The position numbers and the translations under genes are program-made. Below are positions 16,897-27,264 of a stretch of 64,000 nucleotides of DNA, in pieces (within the stretch, counting starts at the first letter, position 1; every line of letters starts with the position of its first letter). The notes beneath the pieces are model-generated. The model was not told where the DNA came from. It searched no databases and saw only the letters and a list, made by a program, of their open reading frames with translations. The DNA comes from Clostridiales bacterium (GTDB lineage: Bacteria > Bacillota > Clostridia > TANB77 > CAG-508), in NCBI GenBank assembly GCA_015056485.1, contig SVGD01000007.1:12425-76424 (forward strand). The letters run 5' to 3'.

Positions 16897-18357
16897 ATGG
16901 ATAGTAATATAAAATCAATTATAGATAAAATATGGTTAGTTTTCCATTCAGGAGGAGTAGCAAATCCTTTAACTTGCATAGAGCAAATTACTTATTTATT
17001 ATTTATTAAAGGATTAGATGATATAGAATTAAAAAATGAAAAAGATGATGTTTTATTAGGTATAACATCTAAAAGAATATTTGATGAAGATCATCAAGAT
17101 TGTAGATGGAGTATTTTTAAAGAATACGAAGCTTCAAGAATGTTCAAAGTAATGCAAGAAAAAGTATTTCCATTTATTAAACAATTAGGAAATGACAAAG
17201 AATCAAGTTATGCAAAATATATGGAAGACGCAATGTTTTTAGTACCAACACCAATAGTATTACAAAAAGTTGTATCTTCATTAGATAAAATAGAAATGAA
17301 TGATAGAGATACAAAAGGAGATTTGTATGAATATCTTCTTTCTAAACTATCAACAGCAGGAACAAATGGTCAATTTAGAACTCCAAGACATATTATTAAA
17401 ATGATGGTTGAATTAATGCAACCTACTGAAAAAGATGTTATTGTTGATCCTGCTTGTGGAAGTGCAGGTTTTTTAGTTGAAGCAGGGGAATATTTAAGAA
17501 ATAATAGACCTGAATTATTCAATTATGAAGAAAGTCTACAACATTTTAATAATACAATGTTTTATGGATTTGATATGGATAGAACAATGTTAAGAATTAG
17601 TGCAATGAATCTTATTCAACACGGAATTGAAAATCCTAATATTGAGTATAAAGATTCGCTATCAGAAGATAACCAAGATGAAAGCAAATATACTTTGATA
17701 TTAGCAAATCCACCATTTAAAGGTTCTATAAATAGTGATATAACATCAAAAAAATTACTAGATATGACAAATAAAACGAAGAAAACAGAATTATTATTTT
17801 TAGCACTATTTTTAAAAATATTAAAAATTGGTGGAAGATGTGCTTCAATAGTACCAGATGGAGTGTTGTTTGGAAGTTCAAATTCTCATAAAGCAATCCG
17901 AAAAGAACTAATTGAAAATCATAAATTAGAAGCTGTTATTTCAATGCCTAGTGGTGTGTTTAAACCTTATGCAGGAGTTTCTACTGCTATACTAATATTT
18001 ACTAAAACAAACGCAGGTGGAACAGATAAAGTTTGGTTTTATGATATGACTGCAGATGGATATAGTTTAGATGATAAAAGACAGAAAGTTAAAGAAAATG
18101 ATATTCCTGATATAATAGAAAGATTTAAAAATAGATATTCAGATGAAGAACAAGAAAGAGGAAGAACAGAAAAGTCATTTTTTATAAATAAAGAAGAAAT
18201 AACAGAAAATGATTATGATCTATCAATAAAAAAATATAAAGAAGTTATTATAGAAAAAAGAGAATGTCGAGATACTAATGTAATTTTAGAAGATTTAAAA
18301 AAGGGACAAGAATTGCTAAAAAAAGGAATTGAAGATTTAGAGGAATTATTAAAATGA
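16897..18357 (+). CDS. hsdM: Type I restriction-modification system, DNA methyltransferase subunit M
   Basis: Motif I 'VDPACGSAGFLV' and motif IV 'ILANPPFKG' of N6-adenine methyltransferases. Followed by overlapping hsdS and hsdR. Confidence 0.9.
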   Translation: MDSNIKSIIDKIWLVFHSGGVANPLTCIEQITYLLFIKGLDDIELKNEKDDVLLGITSKRIFDEDHQDCRWSIFKEYEASRMFKVMQEKVFPFIKQLGNDKESSYAKYMEDAMFLVPTPIVLQKVVSSLDKIEMNDRDTKGDLYEYLLSKLSTAGTNGQFRTPRHIIKMMVELMQPTEKDVIVDPACGSAGFLVEAGEYLRNNRPELFNYEESLQHFNNTMFYGFDMDRTMLRISAMNLIQHGIENPNIEYKDSLSEDNQDESKYTLILANPPFKGSINSDITSKKLLDMTNKTKKTELLFLALFLKILKIGGRCASIVPDGVLFGSSNSHKAIRKELIENHKLEAVISMPSGVFKPYAGVSTAILIFTKTNAGGTDKVWFYDMTADGYSLDDKRQKVKENDIPDIIERFKNRYSDEEQERGRTEKSFFINKEEITENDYDLSIKKYKEVIIEKRECRDTNVILEDLKKGQELLKKGIEDLEELLK

Positions 18358-19541
18358 AAAAAATAAAATTAAAAGATTGTGGAACTATTTTAACAGGAAA
18401 TACACCAAGCAAAAAAGTTGAGGAGTTTTACTCTTCTAATGATATTAACTTTTTTACACCAGGTGATTTTTCAGAAAACAGATTAAATTGGCTAAATAAA
18501 TCAAATAATTATATTTCAGTAATAGCAAAAGATAAAGCTAGAATTATACCAAGTGGAAGTTTATTAGTAACGTGTATTGGTACAATTGGAAAAGTTGGAA
18601 TAAATGACAAAGAATGTGCATTTAATCAACAAATAAATGCTATAATACCAAATGAGAGTATTATAAACAAAAAATATTTAGCTTATTGGTTTATAGCAAA
18701 TTCAAAATATTTACAGGAAAAAGCAAATGCTCCAGTAGTACCGATTTTAAATAAAACTGATTTTGAGAATATAGAGATTGATATTGTCGATTTAGAAGAA
18801 CAAAATAATATAGTAGAGAAAATTGAAAAAATACAAAATTTAATAATTACTAATGAAAAACAAATTGAATTATTAGATGAACTGATAAAAGCTAAATTTA
18901 CAGAAATGTTTGGAACACCTATTACTAATTCAAAAAATTGGGATAAAAAACATTTAAAAGAACTTACAGAAACAATAGTAAATGGAAATACTCCGAAGGG
19001 TGGAGATAAAGTTTATGTTGATGAAGGTATAATGTTTTTTAGAAGTCAAAATGTATGGAAAAACAGATTAGAAATGGATAACATTGCTTATATTGATATT
19101 GATACACACAATAAAATGAAAAAATCAAGTTTAAAACATAATGACATTTTAATAACAAAGACTGGAAGAATAAATACAGAAAATAGCAGTTTAGGAAGAA
19201 CAGCTATTTATACAGGAGAAGATGATAAAGCAAACATAAATGGACACGTTTATCTAGTTAGATTAAAGAAAAATATAATTAATCACGAGTTTGTTCTGTT
19301 TATTCTTACTTCTGATGAATATAGGGAACATATTAGAAATGTTTGTGTTGGAGGAATAGATAAAAGACAATTAAACAAAGACCATATAGAAAATTTTCCT
19401 ATTATAATTCCACCAATAGAACTTCAAGAAGACTTTGCTAAAATTGTTAAAAAAATAGAAAAGCAAAAAATAATGTATGAAGAAAATTTAAAAAGTCTTG
19501 AAGAATTAAATGAAAAGTTAATGAATAAATATTTTAATTAG
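18354..19541 (+). CDS. hsdS: Type I restriction-modification system, specificity subunit S (two target-recognition domains)
   Basis: 395 aa. The conserved central repeat '...LEEQNNIVEKIEKIQNLI...' lies between two variable halves. The start overlaps the hsdM stop. Confidence 0.85.
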   Translation: MKKIKLKDCGTILTGNTPSKKVEEFYSSNDINFFTPGDFSENRLNWLNKSNNYISVIAKDKARIIPSGSLLVTCIGTIGKVGINDKECAFNQQINAIIPNESIINKKYLAYWFIANSKYLQEKANAPVVPILNKTDFENIEIDIVDLEEQNNIVEKIEKIQNLIITNEKQIELLDELIKAKFTEMFGTPITNSKNWDKKHLKELTETIVNGNTPKGGDKVYVDEGIMFFRSQNVWKNRLEMDNIAYIDIDTHNKMKKSSLKHNDILITKTGRINTENSSLGRTAIYTGEDDKANINGHVYLVRLKKNIINHEFVLFILTSDEYREHIRNVCVGGIDKRQLNKDHIENFPIIIPPIELQEDFAKIVKKIEKQKIMYEENLKSLEELNEKLMNKYFN

Positions 19542-19550
19542 GGGAAAAAT

Positions 19551-22500
19551 ATGTCAAATTTTGAGTTTTTAAAGAAAAATAAATTATTTAAAAGTTTTGC
19601 AGGAGCAAGTATTGAAGCAGAAGAAGGATTAAGAACCAATCCTGTAACTTGTATAATGCTTAGTAGAAAAGCATTAGAATTGGGAGTTAAATGGCTATAT
19701 GCGAATGATAAATTATTGATAATGCCATATCAAAACAATTTGTCAGCTCTTATACATACAATAACTTTTAAAAATATAGTAAATGAAGAAATAAGAAAAG
19801 GAATAGATTTTATAGTTAAGAAAGGTAATTTTGTTGTTCATACAAATGCTGATGTTTCGAGAGATGAAGCTATTCTAGTTTTAAAATGTTTATTTAACTT
19901 TATGAAATGGATCTATTTTAATTATGATAAAAATTATGAAAATATTGAATTTGACATTAATTTCATTCCACAAGAGAACAATGATAATATTAAACAAGCT
20001 GAAAGAGAAAAATTAGAAGTTGAATTACAAGAGCAAACAAAAAAACTAGAAGAAACCTTAAGAGAAAATGAAGAATTAAGAAAACAACTAACTGAAGAAA
20101 GAGAAAATAAACAAAAAAGTAAAGATTTTGTTGTAAAAGATTTATCTGAATTTGAAACAAGAAAACAATTTATTGATTTAGATTTACAAATTTCTGGTTG
20201 GGATTTTAAAGAAAACATTACAGAAGAATTAGAAGTTCAAGGTATGAAAAATTCCGAAGGTATTGGATATGTAGATTATGTTTTATTTGGAAAGAATGGA
20301 TTACCTGTAGCAGTTGTTGAAGCAAAAAGAACAAGCAAAAATGCTCACGAAGGAAAGCAACAAGCGAGCCTTTATGCAGACTGTTTAGAAGAAAAATATG
20401 GTCAAAGACCTTTAATATATTATACAAATGGTATTGAGATTTATTTTTGGGATAATCTTGATTATCCAGAAAGAAAAGTTCAAGGCTTCCATACACAAGA
20501 TGAATTACAAAGAATTATAAATAGAAGAAAGTCAAAAGAAGATTTAGAACATATCTTTATTAATGATGATATAACAAATAGACCTTATCAATTAGAAGCA
20601 ATAAAAAGAGTATGTGAATCTTTTGAAAATAAACATAGAAAAGCACTATTAGTTATGGCCACTGGTACTGGAAAAACAAGAACTGCAATATCATTAGTTG
20701 ATGTTTTAACAGGAAAAGGTTGGGTTCAAAATGTATTGTTTTTAGCAGATAGAACAGAATTAATAAAACAAGCAAAGAAAAATTTTGTAAAATTATTACC
20801 TGATATGTCTTGCTGTAATCTTTTAGATTCAAAAGATAATCCAGAAGATTCAAGAATTGTATTTTCAACATATCAAACAATGATAAATGCTATTGATACA
20901 ATGAAATGCAAAGATGGTAAAAAATTATTTACACCAGGACATTTTGATTTAATAATTATAGATGAAGCTCATAGAAGTATATACAAAAAATATCAATCAA
21001 TATTTGAGTATTTTGATAGTTTATTAGTTGGATTAACAGCTACTCCAAGAAGTGATGTTGATAAAAATACATATAGCTTCTTTGAATTAGAAAATAATGT
21101 TCCTACGTTTGCTTACGAATATCAAGAAGCAATTGATGATGGATATTTAGTTGATTATCATAATATAAAAACAACTACTGAATTTTTGGAAAGAGGAATT
21201 AAATATAGTCAATTAAAAGATGAAGAGAAAGAAGAATATGAAAACTTATTTGAAGAAGAAGAAAGCGTTCCAGAAGAGATAAATTCATCAGCAATAAATT
21301 CCTGGTTATTTAATAGAGATACAATTAAAAAAATATTAGAAACATTAATGGAAAAAGGATTAAAAGTTGAGGGTGGAGATAAATTAGGAAAAACAATCAT
21401 TTTCGCAAAGAATCATAGACACGCAGAAGAAATAAGAAATGTATTTGATTCTTTATATCCACATTATAATGGAGAATTTGCAAGGGTTATAGATAACAAA
21501 GTAAATTATGCAGATACACTTATAGAAATGTTTGAAGATCCTAAAAAATTACCACAAATTTCTATATCAGTTGATATGTTAGATACAGGTATAGATGTTC
21601 CAGAAATTTTAAATTTAGTATTTTTTAAACCTGTAAAATCTAAAGTTAAATTTTGGCAAATGATAGGTAGAGGAACTCGCTTATGTAATAATTTGTTTGG
21701 AGAAGGAGTTCATAAAAAGGAATTTTACATATTTGATTGTTGTAATAACTTTGAATTTTTTGAAGAAAATGAAAAAGGTATAGAAACAGGAAATACAGAG
21801 GGATTGACAGAAAAAATCTTTAACTTAAAATTAGATTTTATTGTAGAATTGCAAAATTTAGATTATCAAGATATAGATGAATATGTGAAATACAGAGAAG
21901 AATTAGTTCAAGATTTTATAACAGCAATACAGAATCTAAATGGAGAAAGTTTTGTTGTGAAATCAAAGAAAAAATTTATTGAAAAATATTCAATATTAGA
22001 AAGTTGGAATAGTATTTCAAGTATTGATAAAATGGAAATAAAAGAAAATCTTACACCAATATTTGTAGTTACAGATTTAGATGAATCAGCAAAAAGATTT
22101 GATAATCTAATATATTCTTTACAAATAAGAAAGATGAAAGAAAAAAACTACAGTATGCAAGTTAATGGTATTATAAGCTTAATTGAGAGTTTAAAAGAAC
22201 TAGGAACTATATCACAAATTAAAGAAAAAGCAGAAATAATAAAAATAACTTGTAAACAAGAGTATTGGGAGCGAGCAACATTTTTTGATATAGAAAATAT
22301 AAGAAAAGAACTAAGAGATTTGATAAAATTTATAGAAAATCCACCAAGAAAAATATGGAATATAGATATAGAGGATCAAATTATAGTAGATGAAGAACAA
22401 AAGAATGTTATTAGAAATAACTTTGAAGATTATAAGAAAAAAGTAAAAAAATTCTTAGATGGCAATATGGATAATCTAGTAATATATAAAATAAAACATA

Positions 22501-22889
22501 ATCAATTATTAACAGAAAGTGAAAAAAGTGATTTAGAAAGAATTATGTTTGAAGAATTAGGAAACAATAAAGAATTTGTTGATACATTTGGAGATTCAAA
22601 CGTAGTACAAGTTGTTAGGAATTTAGTTGGATTAGATAGAGAAACAGCAAATCAAATTTTTTCAAAATATATAAATGATTATAGATTAAATAGCAAACAA
22701 ATACAATTTGTTAAGACTTTAAAAGAATATATAATTGCAAATGGATTAATAAGCTTAGATAAATTAAGAGAACAACCATTTAGCACGATAGGTTCTGTAT
22801 CTGATATTTTCAAAGATAATATAAATACTTTCAATGAAATTAAAGAAGATATTGAAATGATAAATGAAAGTACAATTAAATTAGCCTAA
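19551..22889 (+). CDS. hsdR: Type I restriction enzyme, restriction (helicase/endonuclease) subunit R, with N-terminal extra domain and coiled coil
   Basis: PD-(D/E)xK-like 'VDYVLF...VAVVEAKR'. Helicase motif I 'LVMATGTGKT' and motif II 'IIIDEAHRS'. 1112 aa. Confidence 0.9.
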   Translation: MSNFEFLKKNKLFKSFAGASIEAEEGLRTNPVTCIMLSRKALELGVKWLYANDKLLIMPYQNNLSALIHTITFKNIVNEEIRKGIDFIVKKGNFVVHTNADVSRDEAILVLKCLFNFMKWIYFNYDKNYENIEFDINFIPQENNDNIKQAEREKLEVELQEQTKKLEETLRENEELRKQLTEERENKQKSKDFVVKDLSEFETRKQFIDLDLQISGWDFKENITEELEVQGMKNSEGIGYVDYVLFGKNGLPVAVVEAKRTSKNAHEGKQQASLYADCLEEKYGQRPLIYYTNGIEIYFWDNLDYPERKVQGFHTQDELQRIINRRKSKEDLEHIFINDDITNRPYQLEAIKRVCESFENKHRKALLVMATGTGKTRTAISLVDVLTGKGWVQNVLFLADRTELIKQAKKNFVKLLPDMSCCNLLDSKDNPEDSRIVFSTYQTMINAIDTMKCKDGKKLFTPGHFDLIIIDEAHRSIYKKYQSIFEYFDSLLVGLTATPRSDVDKNTYSFFELENNVPTFAYEYQEAIDDGYLVDYHNIKTTTEFLERGIKYSQLKDEEKEEYENLFEEEESVPEEINSSAINSWLFNRDTIKKILETLMEKGLKVEGGDKLGKTIIFAKNHRHAEEIRNVFDSLYPHYNGEFARVIDNKVNYADTLIEMFEDPKKLPQISISVDMLDTGIDVPEILNLVFFKPVKSKVKFWQMIGRGTRLCNNLFGEGVHKKEFYIFDCCNNFEFFEENEKGIETGNTEGLTEKIFNLKLDFIVELQNLDYQDIDEYVKYREELVQDFITAIQNLNGESFVVKSKKKFIEKYSILESWNSISSIDKMEIKENLTPIFVVTDLDESAKRFDNLIYSLQIRKMKEKNYSMQVNGIISLIESLKELGTISQIKEKAEIIKITCKQEYWERATFFDIENIRKELRDLIKFIENPPRKIWNIDIEDQIIVDEEQKNVIRNNFEDYKKKVKKFLDGNMDNLVIYKIKHNQLLTESEKSDLERIMFEELGNNKEFVDTFGDSNVVQVVRNLVGLDRETANQIFSKYINDYRLNSKQIQFVKTLKEYIIANGLISLDKLREQPFSTIGSVSDIFKDNINTFNEIKEDIEMINESTIKLA

Positions 22890-22893
22890 AATT

Positions 22894-22931
22894 AAAGTCA
22901 AGAGCATATTAAGGTTCTTGACTTTAAATAA
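22894..22931 (+). terminator. Hairpin AAGTCAAGA-(12)-TCTTGACTT after hsdR
   Basis: 9-bp perfect stem followed by an A/T-rich tail. Confidence 0.5.
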
Positions 22932-22972
22932 CAAAAGATAAGTATAGAGAAATTTAGAAAGTAGGGAAAGTA

Positions 22973-23224
22973 ATGGGGAAAATTTATAAAGAAGCAAACA
23001 AATGTGAAACTGAAACTACTATAAATGTGTTGTATAGTGAAAAAATTCTATCAATCTATACCAATAAAGTTGATTTACAGAGAAGACTATATAAAATTTT
23101 AGGAGAACCAAAAAAAGAGTATATAAAAGGAAGATCAGTAGTAGGAAGTTGTTGGGAAATACCTTTGACAGATGTGAGTAAAATAAATAAAATTATTTTA
23201 AAAGCAGATTTATATGGAATGTAG
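22973..23224 (+). CDS. Hypothetical protein (83 aa)
   Basis: ORF with RBS AGTAGGGAAAG upstream. Confidence 0.45.
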   Translation: MGKIYKEANKCETETTINVLYSEKILSIYTNKVDLQRRLYKILGEPKKEYIKGRSVVGSCWEIPLTDVSKINKIILKADLYGM

Positions 23225-23245
23225 GAAAATAAGAAAGAGGGAAGA

Positions 23246-23743
23246 ATGGAAGTTTTAAAAGCAATACCAAATTATTTATTTATAGTTATTTTTGATATTA
23301 TAGAATTTTTCTATATGCTAATATCTAATATTATATGTTTAATAAAGAAGAAAAAATATAGTTATGAGGATATTATTGCTGTTGAATATATAGAAAATTG
23401 TCCACCAGATTTTGAATCTGATTTGATTTATAATACAAAATATTTTAAAATAGATTTAGAAAAAGAAAAAAAGAATTATGAAAATATTATTCAATTAGAA
23501 AACAAAGATTTTCATAAAATAATAGATGTTTTAAAAAATAATAAAATATTCAAATATAACAAATACATTTTTAAATTTTATATTACTCCTTTTTCTGAAT
23601 TATTTATGGAAGATGGAGGAAGTGGAGAAGAAATATTGATTATTCATTTAAAAGATAATATAAAGTATGAAATTAGTTCGAGATGTTCATCAAAAAGATT
23701 TGACAATACAATAATGTATATAAAAGATATTATGAAGATATAG
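23246..23743 (+). CDS. Hypothetical membrane protein (N-terminal TM)
   Basis: RBS AAGAGGGAAG. N-terminus 'NYLFIVIFDIIEFFYMLISNIICLI' is hydrophobic. Confidence 0.45.
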   Translation: MEVLKAIPNYLFIVIFDIIEFFYMLISNIICLIKKKKYSYEDIIAVEYIENCPPDFESDLIYNTKYFKIDLEKEKKNYENIIQLENKDFHKIIDVLKNNKIFKYNKYIFKFYITPFSELFMEDGGSGEEILIIHLKDNIKYEISSRCSSKRFDNTIMYIKDIMKI

Positions 23744-23748
23744 GAGAA

Positions 23749-24198
23749 ATGAATATGAATAAAATGTATGAAAAACAATTAGACTTTTTATATGATATAT
23801 TTAATAGAAATATGGACGAATTTGATACTATTGATGATTCGTATGGGTTTTGGGATAATTCAGATCCTGCAATGGAGGGATATGGTTTTAAATTTTATGG
23901 TAAAAAGGATAATTTTCAACCAACTTTTAGAGTAAGATGTGATTTAAACGAAAAACAACCAAGTATAACAATTTTTGTAGAAAACAGAAATGGAAATGTA
24001 GTAATAAATGGGAATTTGGTTGCTATGTATACTATGAAGATTGACTATAAAGAAAATATGGCAGAAGAAGAACTAAAAGTAATTGATGAAAAATATAGGA
24101 AAATGGTAAAATATACACTTGATAAATGGGCTTGTTATAATAAACAAAATCAATTAGGATATGTAGAAGAAGATGATGAAGAAAGAGAAGAATTTTAA
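23749..24198 (+). CDS. Hypothetical acidic protein
   Basis: RBS TAGGAGAAATG. 149 aa. Confidence 0.45.
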   Translation: MNMNKMYEKQLDFLYDIFNRNMDEFDTIDDSYGFWDNSDPAMEGYGFKFYGKKDNFQPTFRVRCDLNEKQPSITIFVENRNGNVVINGNLVAMYTMKIDYKENMAEEELKVIDEKYRKMVKYTLDKWACYNKQNQLGYVEEDDEEREEF

Positions 24199-24215
24199 TA
24201 TTAAAAAGTGATTAG

Positions 24216-24252
24216 TGAAGAGAAGAAATTTTGAATTTCTTCTCTTTTTGAA
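24216..24252 (+). terminator. Intrinsic terminator GAAGAGAAGAAATT-ttg-AATTTCTTCTCTT plus TTTT
   Basis: Near-perfect 13-bp stem plus a T-run directly after 23749..24198. Confidence 0.7.
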
Positions 24253-24409
24253 TGTTATATATTCAAATGAAATTATTAAATATACAACTACTCCTATTTA
24301 GCGTAGAAACTTCGCTAAAAAGAGTAGAAAATGTTGTTTTATAGATTAATTTGATGTAAAATAATACCAAACGAACTAAGAATTAATGCACAAGGAGATG
24401 AAAAAATAA

Positions 24410-25153
24410 ATGAAATTAGTATCTTGGAATGTAAACGGATTCAAGTCTATAATGAGTAAAGATTTTATGCCTATATTCAATACAATCAATGCAGATATAT
24501 TTTGTGTTCAAGAAACAAAGATACAAGAAGGACAATTTGAATTAGAGCTTCCAAATTATTATCAGTATTGGAATTATTCAGAGAAAAAAGGATATTCTGG
24601 AACAGCAGTTTTTTCAAAAGAGAAACCATTAAATGTATTATATGGTATTAATGCTGAAGAATTAGACAACGAAGGGAGAGTTATAACATTAGAATATGAA
24701 GACTTTTATTTAGTTAATACATATACTCCTTGCTATCAGAAGGACATAAAAAGACAAAATTATAGATTAGAATGGGACGAAAAATTTATAGAATATATAG
24801 AAGAATTAGAAAATAGAAAAAACGTAATTATGTGTGGAGATTTTAATGTAGCATATCAAGAATTGGATTTAGGAAAATTAAACAAAGAAATATTGGGTTT
24901 TTCAGATGAAGAAAGACAACAATTTGGTAAATTATTAGAAATGGGATATATAGATACATTTAGATATAAAAATCCAAATTATAGAAAGTATACCTGGTGG
25001 AAAAATAACAAAAGAGAAATTGAAGACAATGGTTGTAGGCTAGACTATTTTTTAATTTCAGAAGAATTAAAAAATAAAATTATAGCAGTGCAAATAAGGA
25101 ATGATATAGGAGGATCAGACCACTGTCCGATTGTGTTGAAAATAAGAATGTAG
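24410..25153 (+). CDS. xth: Exodeoxyribonuclease III / AP endonuclease (Xth/ExoA family, EEP fold)
   Basis: Near-colinear with cellular ExoA/ExoIII: MKLVSWNVNGFKS...ADIFCVQETK...KKGYSGTAVFSK...EGRVITLEYEDF...CGDFNVAYQELD...GFSDEERQQF...RLDYFLISEEL...GGSDHCPIVLKI. Only 18 nt separate its stop from the RT start. Confidence 0.9.
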   Translation: MKLVSWNVNGFKSIMSKDFMPIFNTINADIFCVQETKIQEGQFELELPNYYQYWNYSEKKGYSGTAVFSKEKPLNVLYGINAEELDNEGRVITLEYEDFYLVNTYTPCYQKDIKRQNYRLEWDEKFIEYIEELENRKNVIMCGDFNVAYQELDLGKLNKEILGFSDEERQQFGKLLEMGYIDTFRYKNPNYRKYTWWKNNKREIEDNGCRLDYFLISEELKNKIIAVQIRNDIGGSDHCPIVLKIRM

Positions 25154-25170
25154 AATATACAATAAATGAT

Positions 25171-27244
25171 ATGCGTTTTTACAATAAAATTGATTTCCCT
25201 GTTGAAGTATTAAGAAAAGCTTGGCAAGAATTTGAATGGGATAAAGCAGAAGAAAAAGTATTTCAATGGCAAAAAGATTTAACAAAAGTAGCATTTAGAA
25301 AAGATTATGAAGAAATAAAAAAAATACAAAATAAAATAGTTAGTTCGTTAGAAGCAAGAGCATTAGCTGTCAGAAGGGTTTCAGAGCAAACAAAGTCATC
25401 TCCTGGAATTGATGGTGTAAGATGGAGAAAAGACGAAGAAAAAATGCAAGCTACTATTTCATTAAATAGTACAGAATACAAGTCAAAACCATTAAGAAGA
25501 ATAGTTATACAAGATAAAAGAGGAATAAAAGAACGTAGGATTGGTATTCCTGCAATGAATGATCGTGCAATGCAAGTATTACATTCTTATGCACTAGAAC
25601 CTGTTGCAGAAGCATTTGGAGATAGAAAATCATTTGCATTTAGAAAAGGAAGAACAGCTTTAGACGCACACGCTTGTTTATGGAATAATTTATGTGATGA
25701 AACGTGTCCTGAATGGGTTTTAATTGCAGATGTAGAGAACTATTACGAATCTGTTTCTCACGATTGGTTAATGAGAAATATTCCAATGAATAAAAGAGTA
25801 TTGAAAGAACTGCTGAAGTCTGGTGTATGTTTTAATGGAGAGATTTTTCCTACTGAAGTTCGGAATTTCACTTGGTTGTTCTTTATCTCCTATGTTAGGA
25901 AATATGATACTAGATGGCCTACAATATAAGCTTTACGATTTACAAGGAGAAAAAATTACAGATTATAAAGATGGGTATATGGTTAGATTTGCAGATGACT
26001 TTGTAATAACAGCAAGAAGTAAAGAACAGGCTGAAAAGTTTAAAGTGGTAGTTGAAAATTTTATAGGAGAAAGAGGTTTAAGGCTGTCAGAAAGGAAAAC
26101 AAAGATTGTTAATGTTAGGGAAGGTTTTGATTTTTTATCAAGGCATTATATAAAAATTCATAATCAAATTAATGTTATTCCTAGCGAAAAATCCGTAACA
26201 AATTTAGAAAAAGAGTTAGAAGATTTAATATTAAATCCTGAAAAGCATTGGACACAAAGATCACTTATTCAATCAATAAACTCTAAATTGTATGGTTGGG
26301 CTACTTATCACAGAGTAGAAGAAGCAAAAGATATTTTTTCTCATATAGATGTCCTGGTTAATGCCTTGTTATTAAAGTTAATGCAAAAAACATATCCTAA
26401 TAAAAGTTTACAGCAATTAAAAAATAAATATTGGTATAAGTTACCTGACGGGAGATATGTATTTGCATTAGTAACTAATAGAAATTTTTCAGTAATTAAT
26501 TTATCAGATATTATTTTGGTAAGACACAAAAGAATGGATTTAAAGAAAAACATATTTTTAGATGATGATTATTTTGAGGAAAGAGAACAACTACAAGAAA
26601 TAAACAAAATATCTGGTAAATACAAAAGTGTTTGGGAAAGACAAGGTGGTAAATGTTATTTTTGTGGTAAGCCAATAGGTAAAGAACAGGATAAAAGGAT
26701 TATTTATAAAACATTTACAAGGATTAATACTATTGAAGATATGGCCTATGTTCACGAGTTTTGTAAAGATGATGATGTACTGTATCTTGATACAGACATT
26801 GTCCATATAAATAATAGTAAGTTAAATAATATCCTTAAAGATATACAAAAAGTAAATCCTAAAAGTAAAACAAAAAAATGGAAGTTTAGAGCGTTAGAAG
26901 ATTATTTTAGAAAAACAAATACAACTCCTATAACATTGAAATTTGCTGAAATTGAAAAAATAATTGGATTTAAACTTTGTGGATCTGCACTAAAATATCC
27001 TTCATATTGGTATCAATCAAGAAAAGGTAATATCTCAAATGCTTGGCTCAATCAAAATTATGAAATTTTGAAATTAGATTTAGAGGGTAAAAAAATAACT
27101 TTTAGAAGGGGTGTAAATAAAAGTTCAAAATTAAATATCCCACAAGTGTTTTTAACCAACAAAATTCCAGATGGTGCAAAATATGAGTTGGAGGAATTTT
27201 TTAAGTATATAACAAAAAAATATGGATTAAGCAATAAAAAATAA
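25171..27244 (+). CDS. Group II intron-like reverse transcriptase/maturase with HNH-like Cys motif and about 170-aa C-terminal extension. No intron RNA. Single-nt frameshift near 25855-25865 (track ORFs 25171..25929 and 25823..27244).
   Basis: RT0/1 'ALAVRRVSEQTKSSPGIDGV', RT2 'RIGIPAMNDRAMQVLHSYALEPVAEAFGDRKSFAFRKGRTALDA', RT3 'WVLIADVENYYESVSHDWL', RT4 'FGISLGCSLSPMLGNMILDGL' (second frame), RT5 'VRFADDFVI', RT7 'GFDFLSRHY' and an X/maturase region '...SINSKLYGWATYH' are all present. The RT4 motif continues only after a one-nt shift around 'gaagttcgg'. Confidence 0.8.
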
Positions 27245-27264
27245 AGAAAAGTGAGGAGTGAAAT

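Noticed and set aside
16604-16918. Track ORF on minus strand (104 aa) upstream of hsdM
   Set aside because: It overlaps the RBS-preceded + strand 53-aa gene and the hsd promoter region. It has no RBS. Its composition is driven by the opposite-strand GC-rich segment.
25171-27244. Interpretation of the RT as a mobile group II intron
   Set aside because: A conserved full-length exoIII gene ends 18 nt upstream, and another ORF starts 21 nt downstream. There is no room for ribozyme domains I-III or V-VI, and no domain-V-like GNRA hairpin was seen.
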